The notes beneath the pieces are model-generated. The model worked only from the letters and a program-made list of their open reading frames with translations, was not told the origin of the DNA and did not search any database. Below are positions 59,328 to 64,000 of a stretch of 64,000 nucleotides of DNA, in pieces. Origin of the DNA: an uncultured Candidatus Saccharibacteria bacterium (lineage in GTDB: Bacteria > Patescibacteriota > Doudnabacteria > UBA920); NCBI GenBank assembly GCA_964453405.1, contig CAYVOF010000003.1:4286-68285 (forward strand). The letters are read 5' to 3'. The first letter of the stretch is position 1. Each line of letters opens with the position of its first letter. Both the position numbers and the translations under genes were made by a program.

Positions 59328-60833
59328 ATGAAGACAGACGCAATAATTCAAAAACTTAAAGAACAGATTCAAGGCTTTGACCCAAAGTCTGATGTTAGTC
59401 ATGTGGGTACAGTTATCGAAGTAGGGGATGGTATTGCCAAGATCTCTGGTTTGTCAGAAGTTAAAGCTATGGAAATGCTTGATTTTGGTAACGAAACTTT
59501 TGGTGTAGCTCTAAACTTAGAAACTCGTAGTGTTGGTGCAATCATTTTAGGAAACTACGAAAGCATTAAGCAAGGAGATACTGTTAAATCTACTGGTAAA
59601 ATTTTGTCTGTACCAGTTGGCGACGCGCTTATCGGCCGCGTAGTTGGTGCGCTAGGTAACCCAAAAGATGGAAAAGGTGAAATTGCTCAAAGCGATTTTT
59701 ATCCAGTAGAAAAGTTGGCTCCGGGTGTAATCACTCGTCAATCAGTTTTCCAACCAGTACAAACAGGTATTAAAGCTATTGATGCCTTGATCCCGATTGG
59801 TCGTGGTCAGCGAGAACTTATTATTGGTGACCGTCAAACTGGTAAAACTGCAGTAGCTATCGACACGATTATCAATCAAAAAGGTCAGAACATGATTTGT
59901 GTTTACGTAGCCGTTGGCCAAAAAGAAAGTAAGATTGCCAAGATCGTTGCTGAATTAGAAGCTCGCGGGGCTATGGAATATAGTATTGTAGTTTCTGCGG
60001 GTGCATCTGAGTCCGCATCACTATCATATATTGCCCCTTACGCCGGTTGCGCAATGGCAGAATACTTCTTAGACCAAGGCCGAGACGTATTAATCGTATT
60101 TGACGATCTATCTAAACAAGCTGTGGCGTATCGCGAAATTTCTTTGTTGCTCCGCCGTCCACCAGGACGTGAAGCATATCCTGGAGATGTATTCTATCTT
60201 CACTCCCGTTTGTTGGAACGAGCTTGTAAGTTGAATGAAGAAAACGGTGGCGGATCTATAACCGCTTTGCCAATTATTGAAACTCAAGCAGGCGATATTT
60301 CTGCTTACATTCCTACAAACGTTATCTCTATTACTGACGGACAGATTTTCTTGGAAGGCGACTTGTTCTACAAAGGTGTTCGTCCAGCTGTAAACGTAGG
60401 TACCTCTGTATCACGTGTAGGTAGCTCAGCTCAAACTAAGGCTATGAAGAAAGTGGCTGGAAAGTTAAAACTTTCGCTAGCTCAGTTCCGTGAATTAGAA
60501 GCATTCGCCCAGTTCGGTTCTGATTTAGATGAAGCAACCGCCACTCAACTCGAACTTGGTCGCCGGTTAACCGAATTAATGAAGCAACCACAGTACTCGC
60601 CAATATCGATGGAAAAACAAGTTGTCGCGCTGTACGCAGTAAACAATGGTTATATGGATGATGTGGAAGTAGAGCAAATCGGAGCCTTTGAAAAAGACTT
60701 ATACGAATTTATGGAAACTCAAGGCAAGGATGTATTGACCGGAATCGCTGATAAAAAAGAATTAACCGAAGAGATCGAAGGCAAATTAAAAACCTCGCTC
60801 GAACAATTCAAGCAAGGTTGGGGAATAAAATAG
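59328..60833 (+). CDS. atpA: ATP synthase F1 alpha
   Basis: [29 protein letters not shown]. Confidence 0.99.
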   Translation: MKTDAIIQKLKEQIQGFDPKSDVSHVGTVIEVGDGIAKISGLSEVKAMEMLDFGNETFGVALNLETRSVGAIILGNYESIKQGDTVKSTGKILSVPVGDALIGRVVGALGNPKDGKGEIAQSDFYPVEKLAPGVITRQSVFQPVQTGIKAIDALIPIGRGQRELIIGDRQTGKTAVAIDTIINQKGQNMICVYVAVGQKESKIAKIVAELEARGAMEYSIVVSAGASESASLSYIAPYAGCAMAEYFLDQGRDVLIVFDDLSKQAVAYREISLLLRRPPGREAYPGDVFYLHSRLLERACKLNEENGGGSITALPIIETQAGDISAYIPTNVISITDGQIFLEGDLFYKGVRPAVNVGTSVSRVGSSAQTKAMKKVAGKLKLSLAQFRELEAFAQFGSDLDEATATQLELGRRLTELMKQPQYSPISMEKQVVALYAVNNGYMDDVEVEQIGAFEKDLYEFMETQGKDVLTGIADKKELTEEIEGKLKTSLEQFKQGWGIK

Positions 60834-60944
60834 ATACGTGTTATTGCCAATAGTAGTGATTGATGCAACCACCGATTGTACAAATAGCAATTATCAACAA
60901 TACGAAACCAATTTTTCTAAGCTTTTCCATAGATATTTCTCCTC

Positions 60945-61154
60945 TTAGATTTTCTTCTGAACAAATCGTTTTACTGGTATAGGCTTGATCTTTACTGCCA
61001 AAAACATCAGCACGCAGGTGATAAAACCAGAACCAACAATGATAAGCGCATCAAGGGGTGTAGGGTCGATTCGCTTTTCTGCGACAAGCCTTAGACCGTT
61101 AAAAAAGAATCCAGCGAAAGGGTAAATTATCGAAGCTAACAGAAACGCGTTCAT
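60945..61154 (-). CDS. small 2-TM membrane protein within the atp operon, opposite strand
   Basis: GGAGG SD before ATG 61154; TTGACA-17-TATAGT promoter. Confidence 0.6.
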   Translation of the reverse strand: MNAFLLASIIYPFAGFFFNGLRLVAEKRIDPTPLDALIIVGSGFITCVLMFLAVKIKPIPVKRFVQKKI

Positions 61155-61241
61155 AAATTTCCTCCAAAACAATTATTTAAAACATATATACTATAGCATA
61201 ATTCACATACTTTGTCAAATAACCTCGTATAACTACAAAAT

Positions 61242-62111
61242 ATGCCCTCAACTCAAGAATTAACCAGACGAATAAAGTCCATTAAAAGCACGCGAAAGAT
61301 TACCAAAGCGATGCAGTTGGTTAGTAGTGCCAAAATGCGTAAAAGCCAAGCTGTGGCTTTGTCGAGCCGCACTTACGCTCACTTGGCATGGGAATTAATT
61401 AATAATATTCGGCAATCTGCTCGTGGGCACGCATTAACTGCCAGCTATCCAAAAGCAAAAAAAGTTGGGGTGATATTGATAACAACCAATAAAGGTTTGG
61501 TCGGAGGCTTCAATAGCAATTTGTTCAAAAAATTATTTCTTCAAGAAGAACAAGACAAAGACCTTCAACCCGAGTTAATTACCGAATTAGTAATCATTGG
61601 TCGCAAAGGGCGAGATAGTATGAACAGACTTGGTAAAAAAATTGTGGCAGACTTTCCTAAACTCGACACAACCATTCCAGTCAAAGATGTTTACCCAGTA
61701 GTAAAATTTATCACAGACGCTTACAAAGCAGGGGAGTACAAAAAAGTTTACATAGTCTACAACCACTTTGTATCGATGCTGGTACAGGATCCAAAAGTTA
61801 AACAGTTACTACCGATCGTTCCAAAGTCCGAAAGTAGTACTCACACAATTGCTCGAGGAACACAGTTCGAACCAAATCCAGCTAAAGTGTTAAATCATTT
61901 ACTGCCTCGTATTCTGGAGTCGCAAATCTATCAGGCAATATTAGAAAGTGATGCTTCCGAACATTCTGCTCGCATGATGATGATGAAGAACGCCACGGAC
62001 GCGGCAGGCGACCTAATCGATGACTTAACCTTAACCTTTAACCAACTTCGCCAAAGCAAGATTACTACCGAACTTTCGGAAATCACTGCTGGTCGAATTG
62101 CACTGGAGTAA
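61242..62111 (+). CDS. atpG: ATP synthase F1 gamma
   Basis: KITKAMQLVS, SEHSARMMMMKNATD, RQSKITTELSEI. Confidence 0.98.
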   Translation: MPSTQELTRRIKSIKSTRKITKAMQLVSSAKMRKSQAVALSSRTYAHLAWELINNIRQSARGHALTASYPKAKKVGVILITTNKGLVGGFNSNLFKKLFLQEEQDKDLQPELITELVIIGRKGRDSMNRLGKKIVADFPKLDTTIPVKDVYPVVKFITDAYKAGEYKKVYIVYNHFVSMLVQDPKVKQLLPIVPKSESSTHTIARGTQFEPNPAKVLNHLLPRILESQIYQAILESDASEHSARMMMMKNATDAAGDLIDDLTLTFNQLRQSKITTELSEITAGRIALE

Positions 62112-63530
<1,419 letters not shown>

Positions 63531-63553
63531 TTTTAAGGCCCAAAAAAATATTC

Positions 63554-64000
63554 ATGACTAAACTCCACTTAAAATTAATTACCCCTGAGCGCACAGTTCT
63601 TGATGAAGAAGTGGCCAGTTTAACTTGCCCGACGGAATCTGGTGAGATTACCATTTTACCAAACCACACCCCTCTGGTGGCGACATTAACATCAGGCGAA
63701 TTAATAGCTAAATCGAGTTCTGATAAAAATGCTGAACCACATTTTGTTCACGTCGCTGGAGGCTTTATAGAAATTCGTCCCAATAACGAAATCGTCATCT
63801 TAGCAGATGGTGCTGAGCATCACTTTGAAATTGACATTGCTCGCGCTGAGGAAGCCAAAAAAGAAGCAGAAGCAATCATGAAAAATCAATCAATGGCAAA
63901 CGAAGAGTATGCATTGGCCGCTTGGAACTTGCGAAAAAACTTATCGCGTTTACATATTGCACGTAAACATTCTCACCGACGCAAAGCAGGTATCACTAGC
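63554..64000 (+). CDS. atpC: ATP synthase F1 epsilon (runs off window)
   Basis: Manual translation MTKLHLKLITPERTV...GEITILPNHTPL...VAGGFIEI. Confidence 0.95.
   Translation, partial: MTKLHLKLITPERTVLDEEVASLTCPTESGEITILPNHTPLVATLTSGELIAKSSSDKNAEPHFVHVAGGFIEIRPNNEIVILADGAEHHFEIDIARAEEAKKEAEAIMKNQSMANEEYALAAWNLRKNLSRLHIARKHSHRRKAGITS

Overview
AT-rich bacterial chromosome segment using genetic code 11. The gene set (DUF4012, a VirD4-like ATPase with its membrane partner, a sigma4/HARE-HTH protein, compact rnpB, mostly SD-less core genes) suggests a Patescibacteria/CPR genome; this is an inference. Most of the window is housekeeping: rpmE (partial), rpsB-tsf, rpmG, 6 tRNAs, rnpB, uppS, three GT4 glycosyltransferases, murG/murC-mpl/murB, hpf, secA, pepN, secDF, trxA, dacA, mraY, murD, ftsW, murJ, lepA, ftsB-like, prsA and the atp operon. 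The standout is 7126-13981, directly 3' of tRNA-Trp. It is a tandem array of eight 520-1471 bp units, each carrying 1-2 unrelated genes in either orientation: GNAT, lipoprotein, Zn-finger, unknown, DUF4419, Cys-rich membrane protein, SDR and a RelE-type toxin-antitoxin pair. Units are separated by a conserved repeat of up to 88 bp (AGTTCTAAC...CCCTGCCA + terminator hairpin + inverted arm ...GTTAGAACT). The repeat core equals the 3' end of the tRNA, and its left arm reads WQGVVEDVRT on the minus strand. This looks like an integrase-less, tRNA-anchored, integron-like gene-cassette array. No recombinase is present in the window. An HTH/LAGLIDADG-like gene ends inside the tRNA 5' end. Product calls come from motif recognition by eye, not database searches.
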